DNA of 44,929 nt, from assembly GCF_004010195.1 (NCBI RefSeq), contig NC_057753.1, positions 15,249,456 to 15,294,384 on the forward strand, in the 5' to 3' direction. This document shows positions 1 to 11,002 of the stretch, in pieces (position 1 is the first letter of the stretch; every line of letters begins with the position of its first letter). The position numbers and the translations under genes are program-made. Source of the stretch: Chiloscyllium plagiosum. Its lineage: Eukaryota. The notes below the pieces were generated by a model. It had not been told where the DNA came from. It searched no databases and was given only the letters and a program-made list of their open reading frames with translations.

Positions 1-532
1 CTATCCTATCTACTTGCGACTCCACTTTCAAGGAGCTATGAACCTGCACTCCAAGGTCTCTTTGTTCATCAACACTCCCCAGGACCTTACCATTAAGTGT
101 AAAAGTCCTGCTAAGATTTGCTTTCCCAAAATGCAGCACCTTGCATTTATCTAAATTAAACTCCATCTGCCACTCCTCAGTCCATTGGCCCATCTGTTCA
201 AGATCCTGTTGTAATCTGAGGTAACTTCTTTGCTGTCCACTACACCTCCAATTTTGGTGTCATCTGCAAACTAACTAACTAAATCTCCTATGTTCACATC
301 CAAATAATTCATATAAATGATGAAAAGTAGTGGACCCAGCATCGATCTTTGTGGCACTCTACTGGTCACAGGCCTCCAGTTGGAAAAACAACCCTCCACC
401 ACCACCCTGTCTTCTACCTTGGAGCCAATTCTGTATCCAATTGGCTAGTTCTCCCTGTATTCCATGAGATCTAACCTTGCTAATCAGTCTCCCATGAGGA
501 ACCTTGTCGAATGCCTTAAAGAAGTCCATATA
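1..532 (-). mobile_element. CR1 (HER1-like) LINE, ORF2 RT fragment; continues at 2784 after the L1 insertion
   Basis: Minus-strand translation [37 protein letters not shown] is a CR1 RT motif. Confidence 0.9.
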
Positions 533-2773
533 GGGGATCCAAGATAGCGGCGACTCAGCAAGTCTGAGTTTATAGTGCTCCTCCCAAGACCTGGGCAAAG
601 TGGGCCTCTACCACACTTACCAAATCATTTAAAATTGTTTTTACTTAATGTAATTAGTTGCTCAGTATTAAAGTTAAAAGGTCTAGTCTCCTGTAAAAAT
701 GACTGGGGGAAAGGAGCCCACAGTTCTCAGCAGCCAGGAGCCCCTTCCCCATCCTCCCCAGCTGCAGCAGAAGCGTCCGCCCTGGGGGACTTTCCTTCGG
801 TAGCGAGCCTCACGGAAATAATCTCTAAACTTGACGCGAAGATCAACGCCTTCATCGAAGAGTCCCGGAGCCGATGGAATTCACTCTCGGCTGCGCTACA
901 AAAGCACGGCTGAGACATCGAGGAAATCGAGCGCCGCGTCAGACGGGCGGAGCTAAAAGAAGCGACCTCCGAGACCATAGCAGAATCTGCCATGGATCGG
1001 GTCCGGACTCTCGAACAGCAAGTCCGGACCTTAGAGAATCACATTGACGACCTTGAGAATCAAGATCATTGAAAAAATATTCGTTTGCTGGGCCTTCCCG
1101 AATGGGAAGAAGAAGGCCAGCTTACAGTGTTCCTCGAGCAGTGGCTTCCACAGCTGTTAAATCCGGAGGCTGGATCAGGCCAGGTAAGGGTGGAATGGGC
1201 CTACCGGGTTGTAGTGCACGGGCCTGGCTCGAACCAGCGCCCCCACCTGGTCCTGTTCTGGCTGCAGAGCTACAAGGAGAGGCAGATGCTATTGGAAGCT
1301 TCCAGAAATCTTGGGAAAGATCCCCAAGTCATGATTTATAAAGGATCCAAGATTATGTTATTTCAGGACTTTTCCCTAGCTTTGGTCCGAAAGAGGAAGG
1401 CGTTTGACGAAGTGAAGAAGCGTTCAAGGGACTTAAACATTCAGTACTCCTTGCGCTACCCAGCTACGCTATGCTTCAGCCACGAAGGGTCCGTGTATAA
1501 CTTCGGATCACCGGAGAAGGCCAAGGAATTTTTGGACTCTCTTTGATAAATTGTAAGAGTTAATTGATGTTGTTTTGCCCTTACCCCACCCCAGTTTACC
1601 CCCTTTATTTTCCTTTCATTACCTTACTGTTTAATATTATCTTCGGGGAGTGGGGAAGAGGGGTTTATTTATTTATTCTTCACTTAGCGATTTTCTCCTC
1701 TTTATAGGCCAGGGGTCTAGTTAATGTAGGTGGGGGGAGGTGGTTACCTTATCCTATTTTGTCTCTGTCCTTAGGAACGGGGTTGTTTTCCCCTGTTATT
1801 TTGTATTACTATCTTTAATTATTATTTGCTGAGACTGTAATTTTATAGTCATATATGTTCATACATGGTATTAACATTACCAAATATATCCAGGTGTTTG
1901 TGAATTTTATATGCTCTATGCTCAGGATGTTTTGGATAGGGTTTCTTCTCCCGGGTGGTCTCGGACTTGCCCGGTGATTATGGTTGATCAGTCGATTAAA
2001 TGATGCACCTGGAATGTCGTGGGGAGTAATTCACCAATCAAAAGGAAGAAAATATTATCAAACCTCAAGAAAGAAAGGGTAGATATAGCTCTCCTATAGG
2101 AGACACATTTATTAGATAAAGAACACCTGAAATTACGACAGGGAAGAGATTATTTTCCATTCTCTCTTTCTGTGCAAGGAAAAACATTTTGGTAAACTGG
2201 GTGGCTGAGGGCCCTCATGGACTTTTGAATTGGCACAGAATAATTATAGAATGTACTCCCCCTGACTTCCTTACAAATATGGTGCACCAAAACAAAACCG
2301 AATTATTCCATAAAATATGGCAGCCCTTCTTGAATTACACAAATACAGATATCTTGATCATCCTAACAATTAATTGATTAATTTATTTAATTGAGAGGGT
2401 GAACCTGGCTGGTCCGGGGCCCCTTAGGAGAGGAATCCCGCACAAATACGGGTTTTGTTATGATCTGATGTTATCACATTCCGAGCATGTATATCACGAC
2501 TCAATTTCTGTGTTATCCTTCGGTTTTTTTTCTCTTGAATAACGTGTAAGAGATTTAATCATACACTCTGGTTAGTTGTAGGTTAAATGAGTAGTTAGTT
2601 GAGTTTTGTTTTTTTTTCTCTCGGTATTTCTTTCTTTTCTGTTTGATAGATTTTGGTTATTATTTATTTAAGATTTAATTGTATATCAATATTTATACTT
2701 GGGTTTTTTTAGTTTTCTTTTGTAAATGTGTAAAAACATGTTAAATTTTCAATAAAAATATCTATAAAAAAAA
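533..2773 (+). mobile_element. L1 LINE, internally deleted (5'UTR, ORF1, ORF2 stub fused to ORF2 end, 3'UTR, polyA)
   Basis: Starts GGGGATCCAAGATAGCGG like the copy at 27327 and ends AATAAA plus an A run. Flanked by 12-bp TSD AAGTCCATATAG (522-533, 2772-2783). Confidence 0.93.
699..1546 (+). pseudogene. L1 ORF1 (coiled-coil/RRM/CTD), disrupted
   Basis: NIRLLGLPE...FQDFSLALVRKRKAF...YSLRYPATL motifs. Early frameshift and TGA stops at about 911 and 1070, which are CGA in the other copy. Confidence 0.9.
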
Positions 2774-2783
2774 GTCCATATAG

Positions 2784-3560
2784 ATCACGTCTTCTGCTCT
2801 GCCCTCATCAATCCTCTTTTGTACTTCTTCAAAAAACTCAATCAAATTTGTCAGACATGATTTTCCACGCACAAAGCCATGTTGACTGTCCCGAATCAGT
2901 CCTTACATTTCCAAATACATGTACATCCTGTCCCTCAGTACTCTCCCCAACAACTTGCCCACCATCGATGTCAGGCTTACTAGTCTATAGTTCTCAGGCT
3001 TGTCCTTACCACCTTCCTTAAACATCCAGCACTTCCTCCTCTGTAATATGGACTTTTTTCAAGATGTCACCATCTATTTTCATACATTCCATATCTTTCA
3101 ATTCCTTTTCCACAGTAAATACTGATGCAAAATTTAGTATCTCCACCATCACCTGCAGCTCCACACCTGCCTTGCTGATCTTTGAGGGGCCCTATTCTCT
3201 CCCCAGTTACCCTTCTATCCTTAACATATTTGTAAAAACTCTTTGGATTCTCCTTAACTGTACTTGCCAAAGTTATCTCACGTCCACTTTTTTGCCCTCC
3301 TTAAGTATACTCCTACTGCCTTTATACTCTAAGGATTCACTCAATCTATTCTGTCGATAGCTGACATGTGCTTCCCTCTTTTTCTTAAGCAAACCCTCAA
3401 TTTCTTTAGTCGTCCAGCATTCCCTATACATAGCAGGCTTTCCTTTTACCCTAACAGGAATCTATTAGCTCTGGACTCTTGTTATCACATTTCTGAAGGC
3501 TTCCCGTTTTCCAGCCGTCCCTTTACCTGTGAACATCTGCACCCAATCAGCTTTTGAAAG
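2784..3560 (-). mobile_element. CR1 LINE ORF2 fragment (host of the L1)
   Basis: KENPKSFYKYVK...RERIGPLKDQ motif; colinear with 1-532 across the TSD. Confidence 0.88.
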
Positions 3561-3656
3561 TTAGATTATATTAGGTTACTTACAGTGTGGAAACAGGCCC
3601 TTCGGCCCAACAAGTCCACACCGACCCTCCGAAGAGCAACCCACCCAATAAAAATT

Positions 3657-3991
3657 GGGCGGCACGGTGGCACAGTGGTTAGCACTGCTGCCTCACAGCG
3701 CCAGAGACCCGGGTTCAATTCCCGACTCAGGCGACTGACTGCGTGGAGTTTGCACGTTCTCCCCGTGTCTGCGTGGGTTTCCTCCGGGTGCTCCGGTTTC
3801 CTCCCACAATCCAAAAAATGTGCGGGTCAGGTGAATTGGCCATGCTAAATTGCCCGTAGTGTTAGGTTAAAGGGGTAAATGTAGGGGTATGGGTGGGTTG
3901 CGCTTCGGCGGGTCGGTGTGGACTTGTTGGGCCGAAGGGCCTGTTTCCACACTGTAAGTAATCTAATCTAATCTAATCTGTAAGTAATCTA
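3657..3991 (+). mobile_element. HE1-type tRNA-derived SINE, full length
   Basis: A box TGGCACAGTGG, B box GGTTCAATTCC, CR1-like 3' end and (AATCT)n tail; near-identical to 30460-30774. Confidence 0.93.
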
Positions 3992-4113
3992 ACCCATTCC
4001 CCTACACCTAACACTAGGGGCAATTTAGCATGGCCAATTCACCTGACCTGCACATCTTTTGGACTGTGGGAGGAAACCGGAGCACCCGGAGGAAACCCAC
4101 GCAGACACGGGGA

Positions 4114-4177
4114 CAATGGCACAACATCGAGGGCTGAAGGGCTTGTACTGTGCTGTAATGTTCTATGTTCTATGTTC
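4114..4177 (+). mobile_element. Very short 5'-truncated CR1 3' tail
   Basis: GCACAACATCGAGGGCTGAAGGGCTTGTACTG...(TTCTATG)n matches the CR1 tail at about 25655-25712. Confidence 0.8.
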
Positions 4178-4254
4178 CACACAGACAGTCGCCCAAGGTG
4201 GGAATTGAACCTGGGTCGTCTGGCGCTGTGAGGCAGCAGTGCTAACCACTGTGC

Positions 4255-4640
4255 GATCACTTTCCCGGACATTGAGCAGGTGAATGGCCTCTCCCGGTGT
4301 GGACCCACTGGTGTTTCAGCAGGTCGGAAGAATTGATGAACGTATTCCCGCATTCGGAGCAGATGAATGGCTTCACAGCCAACTGAATCCCTTCCCGCAC
4401 ACGTATCGGGAGAACGGTGAGTTTCCAGCACTGATGGGGAAGGGAATCCTTTCCCACAGTCCCCACTTTTCCACGGTTTCCCCATGGGGAGAGCTTTCCT
4501 TGTATCACTCTGGGTTTGAAATTACAAACAGAAAGGGTACCCAGTCTCTCCTCTCCGTGAGGGGTGAGATTTTGATCCCCCAAGCTGACTAAATGCTTTT
4601 CACAGTCAGCGCACTGAATCTTCCTCACTCGGGTGTCTCA
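4255..4640 (-). pseudogene. C2H2 (Kruppel-type) zinc-finger gene fragment
   Basis: KPWKSGDCGKGFPSPSVLETHR, KPFICSECGNTFINSSDLLKHQWVHTG and ERPFTCS lie in different frames; frameshifted and truncated at the SINE. Confidence 0.88.
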
Positions 4641-5741
4641 GCATTCGTCCTGGCACACCAGTGTCTAAAATCTCTCAAGCAGACAAAAGCAAACATTCCT
4701 TCTCAATTGGAATGACTGCTGATATTCAAGTCCCAATGAATCAAGAGGCTCTCTCAGAAATTGATGTGTCATTTGCTTTCAGATTTCTTTCTACATGTCT
4801 TCATGCAAAAATAAATACATAAAATAATTGCTCACAGTCAGTATTGTTAAATGACCATAACATAGATTCCTGTAGATTGTCAGATGCCTGCTGATCACGT
4901 ATTATCCAGGACATGGAAATCTGAAAACCCTCTTGCAGCCAGCTAGCCTTAAGTGTGTATGGAGGAAAACTTCATTTAGGTGACAATGAGCTGGAACAAG
5001 CTGCCTACAAAGGTGCTGGAAATGGAGCTGAATCAAGGACATGAAAGTGAATTGTCAAGGTTGTTTGAGAAAAGCAAGCCAATAAAGTTGCTAAATGACT
5101 TCTTGGTGCCCCATTAAATAAAAAAAGATGACAAGAAATACAGGATATAACTTCTTGCTAGATTAGAGTGTGAAAAATACTAGCCATGAAGATTTTACAA
5201 CAGCGAATAATATTACCATATGAAGCAACAAATATGTACATCTTATATAATGTGCATCCCTTAGGTTCTCATTCCATGAGAAACTACCCTTTTAATTGTT
5301 AACATAAGGAAAGAAGCGATCTTTTTCCACAGTGCAAATTGTATTCTAATAAACGTGTCAAACTGAGGCAAAAAATGAGTATACCTTTAAGAAAGACGGA
5401 GAGCATCTGAACATCTTTGCAGAGTCTGCTCCCTCGGGATTCGCTCCAGTTGCTACAAGTGAACAGTGTCTCCCGCCGCCCCCTCCCCCCTACACCCCTA
5501 CCTCCCACCTCCCCCCCACCTCTCTCTCCATCCTCGGAAGAGGAATGGAAAGACGGAGACATTGCTTTGCTCCCACAATTTCTCCATGACGTGGGAATCC
5601 TTGTCCCTCTCCAGCTTTGACAATCAGTTGAAAAACCACTCATGTACGGACGTGTTCTGTCTCTTGCCGCTGCGAATGGGGTGTTGCTATTTCAGGCTGT
5701 GTACACGCTGTCCTACAGTCAGTTCACTGGGACACTCTCAC

Positions 5742-5920
5742 TCAGGTCTGTGTGCCTCAGTCTCACTGATGTTTGAAACCTTTTGAAGCAGGCAGGACAG
5801 GAGAGAAATAAAAATTCCTATGAGATTCAAAGGCTGATGATATTCCCGTGCCAATGAATTGATAGTTCTATCAGATCTTGTTTTGAGATTTCTGGCTGCA
5901 AATCCTCTCTTTCTCGTATC
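5742..5920 (-). other. Putative non-coding leader exon of the zinc-finger gene
   Basis: Acceptor CTCCTTTTACAG (AG at 5922-5921), donor GTGAGA at 5741; similar to 4660-4800 upstream of the finger array. Confidence 0.4.
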
Positions 5921-6219
5921 CTGTAAAAGGAGATTACAGAAGACATTGCTGTCTACACAGGATAGAAATTCAAAACAGACAATTCTGGTTTCTGTGGAAC
6001 ATTCTTTCTTCTCTCCTTCCCTCAAAAATGTGAATCTCAATGCTACAGTCTCCCTCCATTCTCACTCTGCTGTAGCTATTATCACCCTCACTCCCGTTCT
6101 CCTAACAATGCTACAAAATGTTGACTGACAGATCTATGCTCGCCTTCTCCTGCCCTAGACACAGGCTGTAAGAGACTGGACCAGGAGTCTGTTGGGGAGC
6201 ACTATACAAACTAACGAGA

Positions 6220-6566
6220 GAGAATAAATTCCTCATTTCTGCCGAGTATGGGACAGCCCTTATTTGTAATCTGTGTAAGCGTGTTCTAGATTTTTTGACA
6301 AGGAAGCATTTTATTAGAACCTGTTCTGACCAGACGACCACAGAAGTTTAATAGTTTAAATAAGGTCACCCCTCGTTTTTCTAAACGCCAGTGACTGGAG
6401 ACCCAATCTGCTCAACCTCTCCTCATAAGATAATCCCTGTCATGCCAGGAATCAGTGGGATGAACCTTCTCTGAACTGCTTTCAATGCAAGTACATCCTT
6501 CCTTAAGGAAATGGCCCAGAACTGCACGGAATACTTGAGCTACAGTCTCACCAATACTGTAACAAG
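6220..6566 (-). mobile_element. Old CR1 ORF2 C-terminal fragment
   Basis: Minus strand reads approximately VQFW...KDVLALKAVQRRFIPLIPGMTGLSYEERLSRLGL. Confidence 0.8.
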
Positions 6567-6666
6567 GCCTCTCATCCGGTAAACTCCACCTCTTTTCACC
6601 TCCTGCAAGTCAACAAGTTAACCTTGCAGTGAGAAAATAAATGGAAAAGGGGAGGGTGAGTGTTGT

Positions 6667-6935
6667 ACTCACTGACATTGTACAGAGGAAGGAAGTTGCA
6701 GTCTGAGGTAAAGCTCAATCTTCATTCAGAGAGAGAGGAGCAACAGCAGCAGCTTCAGAAGCTCATGGTCCAACAAAGGGTTGGCTGTCAAACGAATCAG
6801 ACGCCTTCCCGTCCATCCCGATTGGTCCATGAAAAGTAGTTCACGGACAGCGAGGAGCATGCGCGGTTTTGTTTGCTGTGACACCGGCAAACATGCGGAG
6901 TGCTGGCTGACATTTAGGAGCATGCGCAGTATGCC
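6667..6935 (-). promoter_or_regulatory. Candidate promoter and first exon of the minus-strand zinc-finger gene
   Basis: Donor CA/GTGAGTAC at 6672-6667; CCAAT box (GATTGG about 6820); two GCATGCGC NRF1-type sites (about 6857, 6920); local CpG enrichment. Confidence 0.5.
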
Positions 6936-7104
6936 TCTCAGCCATGGTTTTACTGACAAATTTTAAATGTCCAAACGCCAAAAGGAGAAAAAATGGCTGG
7001 AGCCATAATTTTATTTTTCCCTATGGCTCGACATTTTATTCTTTTTTGCATTTTGACTTGTTTAGGGAAGAAACAGCCGTTGCGGGAAAGGATTCACTCA
7101 GTTG

Positions 7105-7190
7105 TCCCAGCTGCAACCTTTACCCAGTCCGGCCTACACGTGACTCCAGACCCACAGCAGTGTGGTTGACTCTTGACTACTCCCCGGCAA
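7105..7190 (+). mobile_element. Fragment of a second SINE family (same as 36000-36160 and 37570-37920)
   Basis: GGCCTACACGTGACTCCAGACCCACAGCAG is shared with about 36030-36058. Confidence 0.6.
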
Positions 7191-7372
7191 ATGAGCGGAG
7201 AGAAATTTACTTGGATACAGTGTGTTGGTTGACATTGCTGAGTGGGGCAATATTTCCTATGGGTTAAGGCTGTACCAAGGATCCAATTACAAAGGGACAC
7301 CTTAGTGCTGACCAATAGTAAAGGAAGTGGGGTGGGGTGGGGTGTAGTGGGGGACGTGCGCTTTGACCTTCA

Positions 7373-7872
7373 NNNNNNNNNNNNNNNNNNNNNNNNNNNN
7401 NNNNNNNNNNNNNNNNNNNNNNNNNNNNNNNNNNNNNNNNNNNNNNNNNNNNNNNNNNNNNNNNNNNNNNNNNNNNNNNNNNNNNNNNNNNNNNNNNNNN
7501 NNNNNNNNNNNNNNNNNNNNNNNNNNNNNNNNNNNNNNNNNNNNNNNNNNNNNNNNNNNNNNNNNNNNNNNNNNNNNNNNNNNNNNNNNNNNNNNNNNNN
7601 NNNNNNNNNNNNNNNNNNNNNNNNNNNNNNNNNNNNNNNNNNNNNNNNNNNNNNNNNNNNNNNNNNNNNNNNNNNNNNNNNNNNNNNNNNNNNNNNNNNN
7701 NNNNNNNNNNNNNNNNNNNNNNNNNNNNNNNNNNNNNNNNNNNNNNNNNNNNNNNNNNNNNNNNNNNNNNNNNNNNNNNNNNNNNNNNNNNNNNNNNNNN
7801 NNNNNNNNNNNNNNNNNNNNNNNNNNNNNNNNNNNNNNNNNNNNNNNNNNNNNNNNNNNNNNNNNNNNNNNN
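7373..7872. other. Assembly gap
   Basis: Run of 500 N. Confidence 1.
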
Positions 7873-9238
7873 TTTTTTCCGCCAAGTGCGTAATCTCAAC
7901 TATGACACGCAGCTCCTGTTCGTCGACGACGATTTGGAGGTCGCCCTCAAGATGCTGCCTGTCTTTTACAGGACTTGATCACTGTGTGGAACATGGTCGA
8001 ATTGCGTCACACCTACCCTCCGGCAGGAGTAACGGCTGTCGTCAGGGAGCCGTTTCTCAGGAATCCGCGCCCTTGCACTCCCAGGTTCGAGTGGCTGTCG
8101 GAGGGGACGGCCGTGGCGGTGAGGGTGACCAGTGTCAGGGACATGCTGGGTGCCGGGGGCCTGGGCTGGACGCTGCTACAGGATATAGCGAGCAGGGCAG
8201 CGGTAGACGTCCGGTACGTGGCCACCGCCATCCGATGCCATAAAACGGCGGTGATCGGACCTGACATTGTGCACCAATTGGAGGATGCTTATTGTGCAGT
8301 GGGATCCCGTCCACGCTCACCCCAGCCCGGACAGAATTTCACATTGGCCCAAGCTGCCTCCGGAATTTTAATTTTGTCCCTTTTAAGGATGTAAAAAGGC
8401 GGGCTCTGTATCGACGGCTCCTGCACACCGTCCACCTCTTCTCCCTCACCCATTGTCCAGACACGCCTTGGCATGTCCATTTGCCACCGGGCAGTGGGGA
8501 TCCCCAGTGGAGGACGCTCTACGCGGGAGTCTTCGCCCTTTTTCTCGGGTTCTGGGGTGGAGGGTGCTGCACCCAGCGGTCCCTGCAACTGCAGATTGCC
8601 GTGGTTCACGGACTCTGAGCCCAATGGCTTGTGGGCGTTTGCACTCCCTTTTTGATTTTATTAAAAACCTCCTCCTCTGCTTTTGGTTGCACTTCAGTCC
8701 CACGCTCCTGATCTTTGGGCATCCGGTATGGAGGAGGGAGGGCCTCCTGAAGATCTCCTTCTGGATCTGCTCCTGGGCCTGGCCAAACTGGCCATAACCA
8801 GGTCCAGGCAGCGGGCCGTGGTGGGGGTCGTTAGGGCCGACTGCCTGCCCCTCTTCCGTGGTTCCGTTAGGGCCCGGGTGTCCTTGGAGAAGGAGCACAC
8901 GGTCTCCACCAACACCCTGGAGTTGTTCAGGGAGAGGTGGATGCCACAAGGAGTGGAGTACATTATTTCCCCCTGCAACTCCATTTTGATTTAATCCCTG
9001 CCCTCCCCTTCACTGTTTGATCACAAAGCATTGCCCTTTGATGTGAAGGTCATTGCTTGTCACTGGCCAATCGGGTGTTTCCTTTCTTCCTGGTAGTCGA
9101 AATTTGAATAAAGATTCGTGCACCTTGTTGTCTCTTACTTTGTTCCACACCTGCACACACACAACATAGATGCTTGGGAAAGAAAGTAAGCACTACCGCA
9201 GTTAAGCGGTAGCGTGGGAGTTTAAATGAAAATAAAAC
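7873..9238 (+). mobile_element. Tx1-clade LINE, ORF2 C-terminus and 3'UTR, frameshifted
   Basis: LLHTVHLFSLTHCPDTPW, PQWRTLYAGV, LGWRVLH and LLLGLAKLAITRSRQ...FRERW motifs; stop at 8994; AATAAA at about 9107 and 9231. Confidence 0.85.
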
Positions 9239-10007
9239 ATAAGTGTAGAACATCCTGTTCATTCTTAAAAAAATATAATGTGGGTAACTGTGAACCTGTG
9301 ATTTTGTTTTTCTTCAGGAAGAATAACAGGCTGTGTATTACATCAATGGAGAGGGATTATAGGACTTAGTGATACCGTTTGTACTGAGGGTTCACTCTGA
9401 CCTGTCCAGACATGGGAAGTATGGCCCCATCTCTCTGATGGTCTGCTCCCCGATGTTCCCAGTGGCCCCATTACTCTCAGTATACACCAGGTATTGGTTG
9501 GTAGTGGGACTTGGTGAGGGGGAGGATGCTTTGAACCCTGTACCAAAAGGACAACCTTTATCTGAAAGGCTATCATTCCTTTCTCCGTGGAGACCCGAGG
9601 ACAATGGGAATGGCTGCCTGCTTCTGAATGAAGAGGCTGTGGCTGCTGTCAGGACATGGGTATTCACCAACATGATGAACTGTACATGGACACATTGTAA
9701 CATTAATTGGGTGAGAGACAGGAATGGGAACTAAAGGCATTGCCAGATTAGCTAAAATAGTTAGATACATCACATTCTCAATCCACCTCCCAGAACCATC
9801 CCAGACACCATACACCCAGAGGAGATATCTGTTCACCGTGGAACACGGTGCAGACCCAGCCAATGTATTGCTCAGTATAACTCAGCAATCTGGCCAGAGT
9901 GGAACACTGCACAGACCATGTCAGAGCATTTATCTTTAAACCATCTGTCGAGTATGGGAAGCCGGGATAGAGACAAAAAAACCTGCTGGTGCTGGAATCC
10001 AAAGTAG

Positions 10008-10182
10008 ACAGGCAGGAGGCTGGAAAAACACAGCAAGCCAGGCAGCATCAGGAGATGGAGATGTCGACATTTCGGGAGTAACGCTGCTTCAGGAGTCCTG
10101 AACAAGGTTGACACTGGAAATCTCAAATTCCACACCTCCTGATGCTTGCTTGTTTGCTGTGTTCCTTCAGCCTCCTACCTGT
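10008..10182. mobile_element. 175-bp palindrome, Penelope-like inverted terminal repeat remnant
   Basis: Arms are reverse complements centred on TTCAGGA-G-TCCTGAA at 10095; degenerate CTGA...GAAA hammerhead-like cores. Confidence 0.7.
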
Positions 10183-10264
10183 TCAGTGTGGGAAGCAGTG
10201 GAGACCACACCCATGCATTAATCGATAAACACGGATTAGATATCTGTCCAGCACCGAGAGCTGT

Positions 10265-11002
10265 GCAGTGATCACAAACTTGTAACCTGGAGCAGTTACC
10301 CTCCCAGCATGTAGGACTGTGTACACCACTCCAGTGCATTGATTTGTAACCCAGGAGCATTTACCCTCCCAGCATGTAGGACTGTGTAGCCCACCCCAGT
10401 GCATTAATCTGTAAACTAGGAGCAGTTACCCTCACAGCATGTAGGACTGTGTAGCCCATCGCAGTGCATTGATCTGTAAACCGGGACCAGTTACCCTCCC
10501 AGTATGTAGGACAGTGTACCCCACACCAGTGTATTAATCTGTAAACCAGGAGCAGTTACCATCCCAGCATATATGACTGTGTCCACAACCTCAGTGCATT
10601 GATCTGTAAACCAGGAGCAGTTACCCTCCAAGCATATAGGACTGTGTACCCCACCGCAGGGCATCGATCTGTAAAGCAGGAGCAGTTACACTCCCCCCCC
10701 TCCCCCAGCATGTAGTGCGGAGTACCTCACCACAGTGCATTGATCTGTAAACCAGGAGCAGTTAACCTCCCAGCATGTAGGTCTGTGTACACCCCGCCAG
10801 TGCATTGATCTGTAACCCAGGAGCAGTTACCCTCCCAGCATGTAGGACTGTGTACAAACCCCCAGTGCATTGATCTGCAAACCAGGAGCAGTTAACCTCC
10901 AAGCATGTAGGACTGTGTCCACCACCCCAGTGCATTGATGTGTAAACAAAGAGCAGTTACCCTCCCAGCATATAGGACTCTGTACACCACCCCAGTGCAT
11001 TG
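10265..11002 (+). repeat. 65-bp tandem repeat array, about 11 units
   Basis: Unit approximately CAGTGCATTGATCTGTAAACCAGGAGCAGTTACCCTCCCAGCATGTAGGACTGTGTACACCACCC. Confidence 0.95.

Larger units (their letters stand above)
3561..4255 (-). mobile_element. HE1-type tRNA-derived SINE, interrupted by two insertions
   Basis: Segments 3561-3647, 3992-4113 and 4178-4255 match the reverse complement of the SINE at 3657. Confidence 0.85.

Noticed and set aside
2138..2146. L1 ORF2 deletion caused by splicing
   Set aside because: A GT follows the left breakpoint, but the right breakpoint in the long copy has GG rather than AG; microhomology fits better
3657..3730. tRNA gene
   Set aside because: The A/B boxes are the SINE head and continue into the SINE body and tail; no polyT terminator
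7242..8243. Long ORFs here and at 12941-13627 and 24064-24698
   Set aside because: They run through N gaps
9318..9734. Splice-bounded exon / 121-aa ORF
   Set aside because: Its 5' part (about 9270-9365) is a CR1 remnant (NVGNCE...YYINGE) and the rest matches no family I recognise
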